DNA of 64,000 nt from Amphiscolops sp. MND2022. Its lineage: Eukaryota. Shown here piece by piece: positions 38,601 to 52,944 of this stretch. A model generated the notes under the pieces. The model searched no databases. It was given only the letters and a program-made list of their open reading frames with translations, and was not told the origin of the DNA. The translations under genes were made by a program, and so were the position numbers. The stretch lies in contig OZ076409.1 in the NCBI GenBank assembly GCA_964187785.1, positions 91,886,001-91,950,000 of the forward strand, read 5' to 3'. Within the stretch, counting starts at the first letter, position 1. Every line of letters begins with the position of its first letter.

Positions 38601-38986
38601 CGTTAAAATAGTAAAAAAAAACGAAAGGGGGACCCTTTTGTACTAACTTCCGCTGACCGGACTTGGCCTTATGGTAGTAGTTTTAGTAGTTTCGATTGTA
38701 AGAAAAGTGGCCCAATCAGAGTGAGATTGTAGTCTGACGAAAAAAAAGAAAAAAACTAGCCACTGTAAGTGTCGGGCACTTTTCCCTAGAAAAGCGCCGA
38801 CTAAAAACACATTTAAATATATTTCGAAGGAAAAATACCTTCATAAATCCCTTAAAAAATAAGTATATAATTTATCCAATTTTAGCAACAACGTTATCAA
38901 CATTTTGAATGTTCCATAAACGTTTGTTACCATACAGGAAGACTTGTTGAAGAGACGCTCTACAATATTAGAAGTGCCAGGAATCC
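35353..38986. repeat. Tandem duplication of about 1.82 kb (35353-37171 / 37170-38986)
   Basis: Near-identical copies (one substitution and homopolymer-length differences seen) with a 2-bp CC overlap at the junction. Intronic; contains HINE copies. Confidence 0.95.
36105..36992 (-). mobile_element. HINE/DINE-1-like elements (36105-36564 and partial 36617-36992; duplicated at 37921-38807)
   Basis: AACAAGCCGGGAACGGCATAAGTCGACGCC terminus; ends GCGCCGA[T/C]TAAAAA. Confidence 0.78.
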
Positions 38987-40023
38987 ATTACAAATCACAA
39001 TCTTTTTTGATTTTTCGGAAAAAGCGTGATGTTAAAACATTTCTTGCAAAGAAATATTGAACAATAAAAATAATGTATTTTATTTTATTTGCTTGAGTCG
39101 AAAAATAAATAGATTTAAAAATACAAATATTTTTTTACAAAAACATGGTAGGGCCACAAGTTATTGAGAAATAATAATTTAAATCAAAAGAACAACAAAA
39201 AGATGGTTTTTCGGATCGCAATCAGTACATCAGAGATCTGAATTCCATGACGTGTTCTTGCTCTCACAAAGCAGTTTTTGAAACAGGTTCGTGGAAATGT
39301 TCAAGCATTTCAAAAACATTCAATTCTACAATTTCAATTAGGCTTCCTGAAGATGAGTGTTTTCAACAATAACACCAAGCAACACTGTGCTCAAATAGTT
39401 TTTGCACCGAAAGGTTTTCTAATTACCTAGACTAAGTATTTTGTCTGGTTCGCTACAAAGCATTTTCCATTAGCACTGTTTACTTTTTCTCCTTTTAAAA
39501 AATAAACATAATCAGCGGCACCTTTCTGAAGAACGCTAAATGCTACAAATCTTGAAAGGCTACCTTGACAAAGCAATCGTTTCAACACAGGCGAGTCGAG
39601 GCGCCGTTCGTTCAAGATTTTAAAGAGAATTCTTTGTTTCAAAATGATAGCAATTCTGCACATTTTTGTGTCGCCATAGATTAAGTCTTTTCTTTGAAAT
39701 GAAGGTTGGACGTGGACAAGTAACAAGAGAGCATCTACAATAGTGATCTTAGAAGAAGCAATATAAGGCAAATTTCAAAAGCGAATATCTCAAAAACGTT
39801 TCTGTGATTTTTGGAAAATGGTGGAACCACCATATAGATTGTGCATCGTGAGACAATGTGCTGGGTCAACTATCGAAAACACATTCCAATTTGATTGTCT
39901 TTTTGAAAGAAAAGTCGAAGAAATTTGAACATTGAATCAGGAATTTCTAGAAAAATAAAATCGGACAAACAAAATTTCTCATAACATCTCCGGGTTGAGT
40001 AACTCACAGAAGCGCGATCTTAC

Positions 40024-40249
40024 CAATTTTTTTGGGGTCAATTGGCTCTGCGGACGGGGGCTGGCCGTTATAGGGTCGCATGTTGTCGTCCTCGTAACCA
40101 ATGTTCATCCACCTGTCTTGCATTATTTGTTCCAGGGCAGACCTCTTGACAGGGTTGAGCACCAAAAAACGTTTTAACAGGTTCTCGCAATCCGTAGACA
40201 TGTAAAACGGAATCCTGTACTTTCCTCGCAACACTCTTTCGCGCAATTC
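40024..40249 (-). CDS. MARK: MARK kinase C-lobe end and CD linker: [29 protein letters not shown]...DPKKI
   Basis: ttatag|GAA...ATT G|gtaaga; 226 nt, phase 0-1. Confidence 0.96.
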
Positions 40250-40423
40250 CTATAACCAAGGTCAGAATTTCAGACACTGATAAACTTCAACTAATAAACC
40301 AATTTTCAAAAGGGTAAACAAAAACCGCACTATTAGGTTCCATACTATTTGCGACAACCCAGCTTTAATGACATCATTTCAGCACCTTGCAAGTGGACTT
40401 TATGCTACCTGTGCAAATATTTA

Positions 40424-41073
<650 letters not shown>

Positions 41074-41083
41074 TGTTTATTCA

Positions 41084-41278
<195 letters not shown>

Positions 41279-43828
41279 TCATGAAAAACGCAGCGATACA
41301 CGTCCGGTAAAAAGGACGTATAATACTGACTCTACCGATCAACGGAACTCTAGCTTCAAAAATCAAGCCTTCATCTAAGCTAATTCTCCACATATATCCG
41401 CTTTACTCGAGCATGAAAAAGGAGGAATTGGCAAAAACATTTTGTTGAACACTGAGAAAACAATGTTGTCTGTGGAATCTGTCACTTTCGTGACAATTTC
41501 GAGACAAGTGGTACAGACATTTCGAGGACGTTTCAAACTCAACAGCATTGGACGCCAAATGGCGATAGAAATAAATTAATTTTTCAAAAAATTGGCTTCG
41601 TTTCTCCAGTTTTAAAATGCGGTGAGAAACAATTGCTAGAAATTAATCAGTTTGGATTAAACTTAGGACACGACAAACAATTGCAGATTCTAGTACAACA
41701 TAAAAGACACGGGGCAGTTGAAATTATTAAACCAAATACTAAGATTTCTAACGAACAATTGGATAAAGTTCAATAAATTTCAAACCTACCAACTTGATCA
41801 AAATTTCAAAAGTTTGCAGAGAATTTCTGCAATCATAGCCACTACAATTGTAGGGGCTTGTTGATTTTCATTCAGATCATAATGACCGAAACAACGCCAA
41901 AATAACTCGGTGAGAGGCCGTTCAATTTTTTGGTCTGGAATGACTAAAAGTCGTTCATTTCAGCAAAATTTCAGGGTGCGCAAATGTTACTATATGCTAT
42001 TCGATCTGCATAATTCTGCTGCCCAAACTGCATTGAAGTACAAAATGATTGAAGCAAATGTGCTAGAGCATACATTACACTTGCCAGGAGACAGCAAGTA
42101 CCGTAAATTATATTATATTCTATCAATTACTATACAACTACTGTCTGGAACACTCCTTCGGTCTGAATTATTCCCCAATTGCCACCAAGACTCCAGCCCT
42201 TTTACAACAGACACAAGGGGGAAGCACCTATGACGTAACATTTAAAAAACTGGAAATTATTGATCTAAAAATTGGTTGAAACGCGTCAAAGGCATTTTGT
42301 GCTTCTTTCATATGACAAATAATTCGGATTACATAATTTCCGTAAGTAAGGTTTAAAAACTCTGGTTACTAAGTGGCCAGTTGTTACAGCGGCATACTCT
42401 ATTCTAGCCGGTTTTACTATGTTCATATAATCGGTCAACGGAGGCTTAATAAAGCAATTCGATTCAATGTATTGAGTTTAGAATCTTGTACAGATAATCA
42501 AATGAAAAGCAATGCCTTTTAATAGAAACGTACCATAAAAGTACATTGATAGAACATTTCTCCACAGACAATTAGTTTTCAGCCTCCAAATTTTCAAACG
42601 AACGAATTTATGTAAGTGAATAGGTTTTTAGCAATGCCATTCTATGAAGCTGTTTGTTTGAAATGCCAAATGCTTTTTGTTAATTTCTAACAAAAAGCAT
42701 TTCGCGTTTCGAACTGAAATAAACATTGAATTAGGTCGTTTGTAAATGAAAGTAAGTGCAAAAGAAGCGAAAGCGACGTAATATCCGAATAAGTTCCGAT
42801 AGCGGAAGCGACGTCTGAAATTTGCGTTATCTGATTGATCGGAACTTCTTACACGGTTGGCATAATTCGATGAAGACTGAAAAATAGCTTGAGTTATCTG
42901 GAATCGTTGACATGCATTCACAGAATTTTGGAAATGTTACCTGTCGGTTTTCCAAAAACTATGATGTCAAGTACTAAGAGTTTCACTCCACACCAGTACA
43001 GATTCGAAAAATTTTCAGAATTTGCAGTTTTTAAATTTAAATTTGCTGAGCCAAACTTTTTCCCGAAGAGCGCCACCTAAGCGTTAGGGGGTTAGTCAGA
43101 CAGCAAGTTATAAGCAGATTTTTGGTAAAACCTAATTCCCTGTTCATTTATGAGAAACCTGAAAAACAATACACTAGTCATAATAGTTTCAGTAAATAAA
43201 AAAAGTAACTTAACAAAAAAGTTCACGCAGAATTAGTAACAAGGCGCCAGCTAGGCACCGGGATATTTTGCCCTACCAACTGGGCCACCGTGGCTAAATT
43301 GAATGTAGTATATTACCAAGTACATTTTTGACAGAACTTGGAAGAAAAAAACGCAACACAGATGGTGATTCTCCTCCCTCTACACGAATAAATGGCTCTT
43401 TTCTGAGCCCCCCCCCCACCGCCAAATTTTTCAAAGTAAATTTCCTTAAAAAGTTCAGATTGGCCTAAGTAAAATAAAATCTTTCATAGCAGGAAGTTAA
43501 CTTCTATTAGAGTAGTTTTCTGCTTGAACAAAACATTGTTCACACATTTTGACTATAATTATGTTCGTATTAAGTGTTTATTGATGACTCAAAACAAGAA
43601 GCTGTCGATTTCATCAAAAATGCGTAACTACACAGGGAAAAAGTGTGAACAAAGTTTGTATCTGAATCCTAAACTATTACCCTGAGAATAAAGTTAAAAC
43701 TGAAGCCTTCTGGTTTGTATCCAAGTCTATTTTTTATAAGATTTTCACTATTATTTTCCAAAAATAAAAATTTGGCGGTGGGGGGGGCAGAAAAGAGCCA
43801 AATAGTGTATTAGACAGATAATTGTAAC

Positions 43829-44071
43829 CTTCAAGTCTCTGTGAATAATTTTCTTTGCGTGGCAGTACTGGATGGCGGATACGATTTGTCGGAACTTGAC
43901 TCGGGCCTCCTTCTCCTTCATGCGGCCATGGGCGACGAGGTAGTCGAACACCTCCCCCCCACTCGCGTACTCCATGATGAGGTACATGAAGTTGCGCTCC
44001 TCGATCACCTCGAACAGCTTCACGATGTTCGGGTGGTCCACCAGCTTCATGATCTTCACTTCTCTGTGCAG
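43829..44071 (-). CDS. MARK: MARK kinase exon: LHREVKIMK...[23 protein letters not shown]...IIHRDLK
   Basis: tttcag|CTG...AAG|gttaca; 243 nt, phase 0-0. HRDLK catalytic loop and MARK-specific sequence. Confidence 0.97.
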
Positions 44072-44122
44072 CTGAAACAAACCAACCAATCACGTCATTC
44101 CAAACTGCACGTCGCATCCCAT

Positions 44123-44435
44123 TAGAGGTGGGTGCACTGGACAGCAAAACCTGGGCAGGACTGATAAAGCTCGATACCGACCGGACCAGGCATTATATCA
44201 CAAGTAAACCTTTATTTCAAAATAATGGGAAATTTTTTTTCAACATCAAAATGCTTGGAATTTTAAAAAAAACGAAATTTTGGCCGTTTCAAACAGTTTT
44301 CATCTGAGATATGCGATCATTTTCCAAGATATTGTCCGGACGGATTCCGTCAAAAGTCCGGTCGGAATACCGGACCGGACATTTTTTGGAATCCGGCCGG
44401 ATACCGGCCCGGACTTGATGTCCGATGCACCTCTA
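44123..44435. mobile_element. hAT-related MITE, decayed
   Basis: TAGAGGTG...GGACA imperfect TIRs and CCGG-rich subterminal repeats like those of the hAT at 2406; no TSD found. Confidence 0.5.
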
Positions 44436-45849
44436 TCGAATTATTATAACTGTGCCAGAGCCCAATTGGTATTGGAATCGTTTACATGGATTATCAAAGA
44501 ATTCTGGAAATGTTACGATCAGATTTCACAAAAACTTGGTTGTCAAGTACCGAGCATTTCAATTTATCACCATGGAAAATACCGGGCACTCTTGCATGAT
44601 AAGGATTCTATTGTAAGAAGAGGAACAAAAAAAGTGCTGAGCTTTAAGACTTCCAAAAAGCACCTCAAAATCTGTTGCAAAATTAAGACGATGAAAAATT
44701 CATCTGTAAAAACTTGATACTCTATATATGAAGAAAGATGGAAAAAATACGGACTGAATTTTCATTTGCTGAACGCATTCAATGTCGAAACTATTCAACG
44801 CAAGATTGCTGAGGGCATGTATTTACATACCTAAAAAACATGCTTGAAAATTTTGCACAAGTGGTTATTTCTCAGAGATTTCATTTTAGATGAAATAAAA
44901 ACACTGAAAAGACAACAAAAATGGTCCTATTCAACGTTACTACCTCTGAAACATCTCGAATGTTGCTTTTAAAATAACATCTTTTGAGCCCTGCTGCTAG
45001 AGTGACAGTCGTTGACAGTTGAAAAAACATTTCATTACTTACTCACAAGAAGTATGTTCATAAACGCAAAGATGCTTACTGTTTTAACTACCTTTTAGCT
45101 AACGTCCGGATTCACTTTGATGAGAGATTCAAACTAGGTTTTCAAAGAATTGGTTGGGAATCACACTAAAGGAAATAACAAGCCATTGGTTTTTTTGACC
45201 AAAACTCTCTACATTTGATTGCTCAAAACGTTAATCGTCATTTATCCCCCTTTTAGGAGAAACAAAATTGACATGTTCCACGGAATTCACAACTACCGAA
45301 CATCAATTTGCAGTTCCTATTTTTTTGCACTCCGTAGCATCTATTCAAAATATTCTTTGCAATTGAAACAAAAACTTAGAAACAAGGAACTTTTTGCGCC
45401 TTCGTTCCTTCGTTTTGCGCCGTCCAAAAGCAGCCATTTCAATTTTAAGCTGAACACTAAATTTCACTCTTCAACATGCACTTTTCGAACAACTAATTCT
45501 TTTTCATGATTTTCGAACATAAAGCTAGAACTGAGGGAAAACATTCGAAACTTTTTGCATTTCGTATACCAGCTACGTATACCAGGTTACTTATGCTGAA
45601 CATCGTGATAACGAAAATTTGTAAGTCCTGACGTCGATGAAGATTTCTCTTTTGCTGCCATGTCAGAATTTTAGAACACGCTTTCGTTGAAAGTGTAGAC
45701 TACAGTAGTGACTTTTCAAGACCATGAACTGGCTGATTTTCGACTAGTCATGGCTTTTCGTCATTTTTTAATACACCTGAAGTGACCAAAATAGTTTTAC
45801 AAAATTTTAAATTGCAACTGTTGGCCCAGGGAAGTGAACCAAAAAGGCT

Positions 45850-46099
45850 TTTCCTTTTTTTCAGCGTAACACACTACCGGACGAGACTAAAGATTCCCCT
45901 TTCAGTTTTTTCAGCATTGTGCGACTTTTTATTTTTCCACCAAAGGGTCACCCTTCAATTTTTTTTGGAGTTTTGCGACAGAATGGATGTTGAAAAATCC
46001 CAAAAGGTCCTTCCTTTCAGTTTTTTTCGGCATATTGAAGTTCTTTTGCTATTTTTGAGCCTTAGATATGGCACCGAGTTGGGCAGGTCCCGGCTTGTT
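45850..46099 (+). mobile_element. HINE/DINE-1-like 3' fragment
   Basis: GAGCCTTAGATATGGCACCGAG...CCCGGCTTGTT end. Confidence 0.65.
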
Positions 46100-46199
46100 G
46101 AATTCACTATTTGGACAGCGATTTCCTAGAGAACTCCGACTCTAGAAATGGCTTCTTTAAAAACTAACCAACTAACATTTCTTTAGACATTAGCATTGA

Positions 46200-46950
46200 A
46201 CAGTGGATCGACTTCTCGGTGGCGAGCAAGATTGGTTCAGAACAAAACGCACCGCTCGATCACTCCATAGATTCCATCTAACGCTTTAAAAAATGCTAAA
46301 TGGTCTCTATTGAAAACAGCCCTGCTAAATAATGATCCCGATGAGGCTTTTGATAGCACGTCCCCGGACGGTTTTCTGTACAAACTATTGAAACTTCTGG
46401 CAAAAAGTATCGGATAATTGAATCGTCTCCAAAAACCCGATTCGCTTTCATCGAAATAAATGGATGCCAATCACTGAAGTTCCAGATTGACAGAGGCGTT
46501 CCACAAGGAAGCACATTGTCACGATAACATTTCAATATCTACCTGAACGACTTCCTCCAGTAACGACGCGCAAAAATTCGAGTTTGCTGATTATAGTTCC
46601 GTCAAGGTCACTAGCCAAGATCTATCAAACTTATCTGCCGACCTCGAGAAATGTTTTCCAACATCGAAGAATGGTGTGCCAATTGGAGATTGATAATGAA
46701 TGGAGGAAAAAATGAATCTCTTAAATTGCGACGAAAATGACTTAGATTTCGTGTCCCTTGATTGTGACAGTTTTAAAGCTTATAAAGTCCCTTGGAACAA
46801 TAATCGAAAACCAGCTCAATACCGTGATCTTACTTTCGGAATAGTCGAAAAAAGATAACCGTAGCAGCAATTTAATAAAATTCTTGTTCTCTAGAAAATG
46901 GAGCCTTGCCGTTTAATCACTATTTTCTGTACAAAACGGTAATTTTACAC
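46200..46950 (+). pseudogene. Decayed non-LTR (LINE) reverse transcriptase fragment
   Basis: The + strand encodes AFDS, then IEINGCQSLKFQIDRGVPQGSTLSR*HFNIYLND and a FAD motif, with stops and frameshifts. Boundaries are approximate. Confidence 0.75.
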
Positions 46951-47659
46951 TCATTTTTTAAGTAGAACCAGTCTCGCTTGTGAAAAATCAAATAAGTCAA
47001 CAGTACAAAATATTTTTATCATGCCAGTTTTCAGACACGTATTTTCGCCAAAAATTGTCAAGTTCTGTTGGACACATCGCCTCTGAGTACCGCTGTCAAC
47101 GTAGAATTTCCTTGAAGCTTAAACTAAAACACGACTCCATGAGAGACAAGATGCACTCACATGAGTTTTCTTATACCGCAACTGTTGGTGTTCTCTGTGC
47201 GATCTTAATTTCGGTAACCCTTTCTCTTCACGAATCAATGGCACTTGTCAACAATATTCTGGAGTTCAGTTCCTGCCTTAAGTCAAAAAGCAGCTTTTTT
47301 CACATAAAAATCACCATGTGGTTTTTCGGATGTTTTTTAGTTAGAAAGGTCTTTTCAAACCCAAAGGGACCCCTTTGAATATTTTCGGGAATGTGCGACT
47401 GGAATTTTCATGAAAACAGTCATTCAGCATTTTTGAAAGTCAAGAGAAAAAATTCAAAGGCCAAATAACAGATTTAACGAAACTTTCACCAGTCACTTAG
47501 CGCATTCAAAGTCTAAGCTTTTCGAGTCCTAAGCTTGATGTCGACTTGATTTGACTTATTTTGATAGACTTACGTAGTTGTTAAATTTGCTGATTAAGAT
47601 TGTGACATTATTAAATTTCCAGTCTTAGAAAAACTCTAAACCGTTTGAATGCATAGACA

Positions 47660-48346
47660 AAGAAGCCGGTAACGACTTAAGTAGGCGCCCCCGCTCGAGG
47701 TTCAAAAAGTAAAGTTTTTCAAATATGCAAAAGGACACTATTGTTAAAATTTCATCAATTTTACAGTGCCAAAAACACCCAAAGGGATACGAATAAGACT
47801 AGAAAACTACTTTTCCCCCACTCAGAAAATGGAAAATTTACAAAAAAAATGTCTCCGGTAAGTCGCATAGTGCCGAAAACCCCGAGGAGTCCTCTATGCT
47901 CACAAAACCTTTGGTTTCTAGTGAAAACCAAGGGGGCTTCTATAAAAACAAATTAGAAAAAAAGTTGCATAGTACCAAAAAATCTGAAAGGGAGAACCCT
48001 TTGGGATTTTTTAACATCCATTCTGTTGCAAAATATCAAAAAATTGTCCCCCCTTGGAGAAAAAATAAAAAAACCGAAGGGAGACATTAAAATTTTTTGA
48101 AAAAAAGTCTCACAAAGCCGAAAAGGGGAAGTCTCATAGTGCCGAAAAAAGTGAAAAGGGCCACCCTTCTGCTTTGGAATGGTTTTTTATTTCATGGTAG
48201 AGGCTTCGGATGCGTTCAAAATCAAGTACTAAGTACTAATGGTAAAAATGCGCACTGCACAAAAAGTGGGCCGATTGCGTTGAACTGACAAAAAAACTAG
48301 CGATGTTAGAGTCATGCATTTTTTTTCGAAAACGCCGACTAAAAAA
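47660..48346 (-). mobile_element. HINE/DINE-1-like element, diverged
   Basis: AAGCCGGTAACGACTTAAGTAGGCGCC start and CGCCGACTAAAAAA end, with the shared core units. Confidence 0.65.
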
Positions 48347-49934
48347 CAAGTTAGTTTTTAATTGCCGAGACCGGAAGTAATCACTGCATTGATAGGTTAT
48401 GGGATGTTTTATATCGCCCGAAATTTTATATGACGACCGAAATTCGCATTTTTCAAATTTGAAACCTGTAGAACCTCATATGCTCAAGAAAGACGCCATA
48501 CCATGCCTTTTGCGAAAATCATTCCGAAAGAACAACAAAGCGGTTTTGTTAATTTGAAGTGTGTCAAAGGCTTTTAATCGGTGAAATTTTTCTCTGTCAA
48601 ATACACTTTAGTTGTACACATTTCAGAAGAATCCCCAACATCTCGATTTCAACAGAACATGCATCTTGTTGTTTTAGGTAATCAGGAAGAGCGGGCGGGA
48701 TTGGGAATGAGAAACAACGGATACGTGGTATACGAGTTTGTTCATTCGGCGGTGCAGCAACAGTAATCTCATTGATTGTGTAGATTGACAAAATTGAAAT
48801 AAATTGATTGTAGTCGAGCAGATTAAGCCCGTAAAACGGGCAACGAGCTTTTTCACTGCAAACACTTCTAAACAAAATTGTTGTACGTATTTGCTCAATA
48901 CACCTCGTTCATTTCATTGGTCTTGAAAAATGACGCTGTTAAATTCAGTACAGCAGCAGAAAGCTGCTAAACGGCAAGTCGGCGGCAGGCAGCGGTTATC
49001 TTCATTTCAGCATGAGGAAATGACCAAATAGTATGGGTAATCTAGGATGCATTATAGGGGATTGGAACAAAGGAAATAGCATGCAATAAGGGTGTCTAAA
49101 ACCCATTGCCAACTAGTAAATCTTTCCGGATTGAATTATGGCTTTATACCATACAACGACATTCTACTTCCCGCTTACTCCTTTTCTTGCTTTCTTCACT
49201 CACTGAATTGTCAATCGCAGGCGGGAGTTTGGACAGAGGAAAAACCAACTACAGTGTCATTAGGGGGTTACGGGTACGTGTTAGGATTTTTGTTCTAATA
49301 GTCGAGGAAAAACTGAAACCTTGATTCGGGAACAAGATACAAATAAAGACAACTGCAGAAACATGTTTAAAAGGACAAACACCGCCCAACAGTGGCCCAA
49401 AAGCAGATCATAACATTTCCGGAGCTTGTTGGAACTTTGAAGCCACCAACAATTTTGAGCAAAGATGCGAAAAGTATACGGAGAACCTTAGACGATTTCA
49501 TTGTTGTTTGCCCATTGGGTGAAATTTGAAGAGAATATTTCCGCAGGAAAACTATTATCCAATCACAGAGCAAAATAAATCAACAAAGCTGTGTCTGCTG
49601 GGTTCTCCGCTGATAGAAACCACATGCGAAGGAGGTACTAAGCTTCTCTCAATGGGTTAATGATCTCTTAATGGTTAAGTTCCCAGTAGACACTACAATC
49701 TTTGCTCCAATTGAAGGTTGACCATAGAATAACACAACCGGCTGAACTATCATTCACGTCAATTGTCTTAATATACATTTGTTTTACACCTATTCAGTTT
49801 TTCCGAACATGAAAAAAAGAGAAAAAACGCAAAAAATTGACAACATTCCTCAAGTTCTGCATCAATTTAGTACTAGGCTTCTATTAGGCGGGCTCGTGCG
49901 TTTGGGGTCTATTCTGGCATTCAATAATCACATA

Positions 49935-50018
49935 CCGTATTTCTTCGAATACAGGCCTCGGCTTGTAAGATTTTTCTGTAGTGAGTTCTGTTCTCGGCCT
50001 ATATTCGAAGAAATACGG
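49935..50018. mobile_element. Miniature TA-flanked MITE (84 bp)
   Basis: TA|CCGTATTTCTTCGAATA...TATTCGAAGAAATACGG|TA; a further TIR copy near 50080-50097. Confidence 0.75.
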
Positions 50019-51416
50019 TAAACTATGGTTTTTAATATAAAATTTTCAAACTTAATGCGGCTTCTAATCGGGGGCGACTTATATTCGAAGAAATACGACA
50101 TCACATGAATTCATTTACTATTATTAATATTAATAAGTCTCCTAAAAAAGGATGAACGTTGAACATGAAATATCACATTGCTAAAATAAATGCAAAGCGT
50201 TGCGCAATTCTGTATAAAAACTTGTTAATTTCCGGATATTACCCACCTCGATCAAATAAATGCCAATTCATTGCATTTTATCATTTTAATTTGCATAATT
50301 TCCGGTGTTTAGAATGCGTGCGTTCTATGTGGTTAGAGCAGTACGTAACTTTCATTCCATTCACCTATGACAATTATTCGACGCTAGTACATTTCATTCT
50401 TCACACTATCAGAAAAGAAAATACAAGCTCTTGAAATATGAATTTGCAACTATTTCTCAAAAATGTCGAAACCGATACCGACAATCTCTAGGAAACGTAT
50501 AAAATTCTGTTACCAAAGCGAACAGTTCAATTCAATGAGATCTTACTCTTTCCTAAGTTGCTGTCCTCCGAATGATCAACAAAATACTGGCCAACTCGTA
50601 TTTTTGTTCAAACCGTTGAACGCTGAATAATTGTACTCTCTGTGCAACGAAATTAAGCTTTCAACCTTACTTTTGCAAGAAGGAAAAAACAATAAAAACA
50701 AATAAACCCGTTTTTTTTAAAAAAAAACACGCTGTTTTTTTTCGGGTCAAAAACGCGTTTTTTCCCAGCCCGTTATCCGTACTAAGTTCATACGCTATTC
50801 AAAAAGCTTGCCCTAGTTGCATGTAGATCCACGGCATATACCAGTTACATTTCAAACATTCTATCACAACAGACATGGCAACACACAGAAATGGCACACT
50901 TGCGCCTACCACTATTTTATGCACCAGATTATGCAAACTACAATCAAAAGCCTGATAAATTACAGAATAATCCAATCCACATTTCCTGTTGTTATTAACC
51001 CCAAATCGTGATAGATAAACCCTGGAAGTAATTAAAGCTGCCTGAGTTCAACGATCGCCCATTTCACATGATTCATTGCGAGCAAGACAATTGATCTCAG
51101 AGCACCACGGCGGCTCCTTACGATTACATACACGACAAACAATTGCGGTTAACCGAAAAACAAGGGGACATCTTGAAGTCTTGTTTCAGAAATTATCCGG
51201 CTTGACTTATCCGTACTGATATCATACAATTTGTAAACAGTAATGCAGACTAATCAGTAATCAGCTAAATCCACCCTTCTGGATTCAAGCCACCACAGCA
51301 CGTTGAATTAGCAAAAATGAAGAGATTATGAATTATAACTTTCGTCACAGACGTAGAGCCATTTTTGGGTGAAATGTAAGAGCGAGACGTCAGTCTAATT
51401 CTGGGGTACTTTTCGT

Positions 51417-51813
51417 GGTTACATGACATTTCGTCCTATGCAATTTCAACCTAATGCACTTCCAACCTTCCGCAATTTCAACCTTGACTAATTTTGATTA
51501 CTTAGTCCTAATTCGGTTGAGTTGTCATTCAGTACAATGATTAGTAATGAATCAGACAGGCCTAATTAATGGTAATTATCCATGAAAAAGCCAAAAGGTA
51601 TCAAAGGTATCAAAACTGGCGTAAAAATTAGCACCTTTGAATGTAGAAATGTCTAAAAATGAAAACCACCTAAAATAATATAACCAATTAGAATCCACCA
51701 GCTAAAATTAGTTAAGGTCGAAATTGCGGAAAGTTGAAAGTGCAATAGGCCGAAATTGTGAGCGGTTGAAATGACGACAGTTGAAATTGCATAGAATGAA
51801 ATGTTCTGACACC
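51417..51813. mobile_element. MITE family B copy (Mutator-like)
   Basis: Perfect 9-bp TSD ACTTTTCGT; homologous, inverted, to 6898-7302. Confidence 0.85.
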
Positions 51814-51888
51814 ACTTTTCGTATTCTTGTTAAATTCCATAGCACTCTGCCTTACAAGAATGAAGCTTTCACGCTTCAAAAACGCCGT

Positions 51889-52944
51889 TGTAACGGCCGC
51901 TCAAATCTTACAGCGGAATTGAGCTTTCTGCCGGTCCCTGATCCTTCCCGCTTCTTCGGCCAAAAGCAGGAACAAACTTTCTAAAGGACTGTATCTGTTC
52001 AATGAGTTCTCAGCTGCTAGCGGCTTCGTGCTCCTCAACACCAGACTCTTCAGGCTAAGCAACACTTCGATCCCAATCCCTCTTTTGACTGGAAATCTGC
52101 TTCACCTCTTGTTGTCCGGAGGTCGTACGCTCAACCACAGCAACTGATCGTCCTCAACGGATTGTTTCCACCCAAGCCTCCAAAGAGGGTTGTCGTTTCA
52201 ATTGAATAGCTCTTACGATGAGCTTTTAATCTCGCTACTACGATGAGCGATAATAGAACGCTTTCCTAGATCTTAGACCTACTACGCCTAATGAAGCTAT
52301 TTCAAGAGTACCTTTCTGATTGATTTGGACTCCTAAAACAGCTGATCGTTTATTTTTTCGATCGTTGAGTAGTGCAATGCTACCCTCCCAGTCACAACCT
52401 GTCTAAACCGGAACCGGGGTAGCTACTCAACAGCTGTCAAAGACATTTAAGTTTCAAGAATATTTTAATTAGCGTTCTGAATATGGTATCAAAATTGGTC
52501 AAATTTATACTCTACTCAGCGGATGTACAGTTGATAACCTTTAAAATCACAGGATATTCAAATAACAAAGTTACATAAAATCACTTTTTCCATCACGTTT
52601 TCGGACCTCTCACACCTCCAATTTGGAAATTCCTTCCAAAATTTTCCATAAAGAGGTAAATCTATCAATGAAACTGCAATATGAACGGCAATTTGACCGA
52701 TAGGTTGGATAGATAACATTTGCCTCAAATCACGCCACCGTTCTCGTTCGAATAGAATCAAAGTACAATGAACTTTGGGACAAACATTAAGCGCCATTAC
52801 CAAATTGATCATTTGACTTCAACTAATCACAACAGCACAGGTTAGTTAATTACGCCTTTGAGTTTCGAGTGTTTTACAAAGTTTTGTAACTCAAGATTTC
52901 CAGCTAATATGTTCAAGTTGGTTTCTCAATCTCTGGCGCCAACA
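51889..52944 (-). repeat. 3' LTR of BEL/Pao element 2
   Basis: Direct repeat of 59449-60504 at offset 7560. Confidence 0.97.

Noticed and set aside
23610..38646. Many short Lys/Phe-rich ORFs with similar sequences
   Set aside because: Translations of non-coding HINE repeat copies; the reading frames are not conserved between copies.
43841..44125. Antisense and alternate-frame ORFs over the kinase exon (94 aa and 137 aa)
   Set aside because: Shadow ORFs caused by the high GC3 of the exon.
52558..52812. 84-aa ORF present twice (also 60118-60372)
   Set aside because: It lies in the LTRs, so the repetition is trivial; no recognisable motif and no env-like features.
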